From positions 1 to 16,560 of the forward strand of contig CBDCEW010000026.1 of the NCBI GenBank assembly GCA_965215885.1: 16,560 bases of DNA, in the 5' to 3' direction. Position 1 is the first letter of the stretch. Every line of letters starts with the position of its first letter. A model generated the notes under the pieces. The model did no database searches and was not told where the DNA came from. It worked only from the letters and a program-made list of their open reading frames with translations. The stretch is from Candidatus Moanibacter sp. (GTDB lineage Bacteria > Verrucomicrobiota > Verrucomicrobiia > Opitutales > UBA2987). Below are positions 15,511 through 16,560 of this stretch, one piece after another. Made by a program: the position numbers and the translations under genes.

Positions 15511-16560
15511 CTAGCCGACGACAGACGACAACTGGAAGATAGGCAGAAACATCGCCATCACAATCCCACCGATAACGACCCCCAACACACAAATTAGTAT
15601 AGGTTCCATAAGGGAGGTAAGCGCTTCCACGATTGTCTCAATTTCAGCATCGTAGAAATCCGAGATCTTATCCATCATCCCATCGACATTTCCGGTCTGC
15701 TCACCCGCCTTCGCCATATGCTTTACCATCGGCGGGAAATATGCATTCAAGGCCAGAGTATCCGAGAGCTGACCCCCCTGGCTGATCGCCCTCGTGACTT
15801 GCTTACAGGCGGCTTCAATATAAGTGTTGCCGCTGGCATTTGACACGATTTCCAGGCTCCTGAGAATCGGAACGCCGCTCCTCAGGAGGATTGCATAGGT
15901 GCGACAAAATCGGGAGATCGATGTTTTCTGGAGAAGATTCCCAACCACGGGGACCTTAAAGAGGGTCTGGTCTTTGATTACGCGGCCTCTCGGAGTGGAG
16001 ATGAATTTCATGAGTCCTTTCCAGCCGAAAAAGGCAGCCACAATCATATAAATAATATAGGCTTTCAGGAAATCACTGAGGTCGATCAGCATCTGAGTCG
16101 GTTTGGGAAGATCCGCCCCAAAGCCCGAAAACATATCCGCAAACACCGGAATGACGAACACCAGAAGCACGTTTACCAGCCCCACGGCCAATGTGATAAC
16201 CGCAACCGGGTAAGTCATGGCTCCCTTTACTTTTTTGGTCAGCTTTACACTTTCCTCAAAGTAGGTTGCCACTTTCCCCAATATCATCGCGAGACCTCCG
16301 CTGGCTTCACCGGCTTCCACCATGGAGATGAATAAATTGGGAAATGCATTTGGAAATTTTCGCACTGCATCGGAGAAGGCGGTCCCGCCCGATATGTCGA
16401 TGCGAACATCTCTGATTACGATTTGAAAGACTGGATCTTCAGTTTGCTCCTGGAGCGCTTCCAATGCGGAAACGAGAGGAAGACCCGCTTCCAGCATAGA
16501 CGCAAGTTGCTGCGTGAAAACGCACAATACATCCAGCTTTACCTTCGCCTTCTTTGCTCT
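15511..16560 (-). CDS. pilC: Type IV pilus / T2SS F-family inner membrane platform protein, 5'-truncated by the window edge
   Basis: FTQQLASMLEAGLPL, MVEAGEASGGL, KVKGAMTYP, GEQTGNVDGM, AMFLPIFQL. The frame is open to base 16560. Confidence 0.9.
   Translation of the reverse strand, partial: RAKKAKVKLDVLCVFTQQLASMLEAGLPLVSALEALQEQTEDPVFQIVIRDVRIDISGGTAFSDAVRKFPNAFPNLFISMVEAGEASGGLAMILGKVATYFEESVKLTKKVKGAMTYPVAVITLAVGLVNVLLVFVIPVFADMFSGFGADLPKPTQMLIDLSDFLKAYIIYMIVAAFFGWKGLMKFISTPRGRVIKDQTLFKVPVVGNLLQKTSISRFCRTYAILLRSGVPILRSLEIVSNASGNTYIEAACKQVTRAISQGGQLSDTLALNAYFPPMVKHMAKAGEQTGNVDGMMDKISDFYDAEIETIVEALTSLMEPILICVLGVVIGGIVMAMFLPIFQLSSVVG

Overview
Bacterial window whose protein styles (TPR/ExbB cluster, coiled-coil NtrC-like regulator) suggest Verrucomicrobiota/Opitutales; this taxonomy is an impression only. 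From left to right on the + strand: the 3' part of a DHDPS/NAL-family aldolase; a small Cys/His-rich ORF followed by a structured leader that pairs with the next gene's Shine-Dalgarno; a CzcCBA-type heavy-metal RND efflux operon whose czcA has two frameshifts; a 47-aa internally deleted gene remnant; a large TPR protein; an exported protein; and a multiply frameshifted MotA/TolQ/ExbB gene. On the - strand: a YfgM-like membrane TPR protein, a degenerate NtrC-like regulator (no GAFTGA, Walker B lost) and a partial pilC. Most notable: (1) at least seven short non-autonomous elements with CC(C/T)G-type termini sit at (mostly YTAR) target sites, usually abutting stop codons, and one is inserted in-frame into a signal peptide; (2) a possible leader-ORF/anti-SD switch controlling czcCBA; (3) nearly all lesions in czcA and exbB are short copies of nearby sequence, which points to template switching or a consensus artifact.
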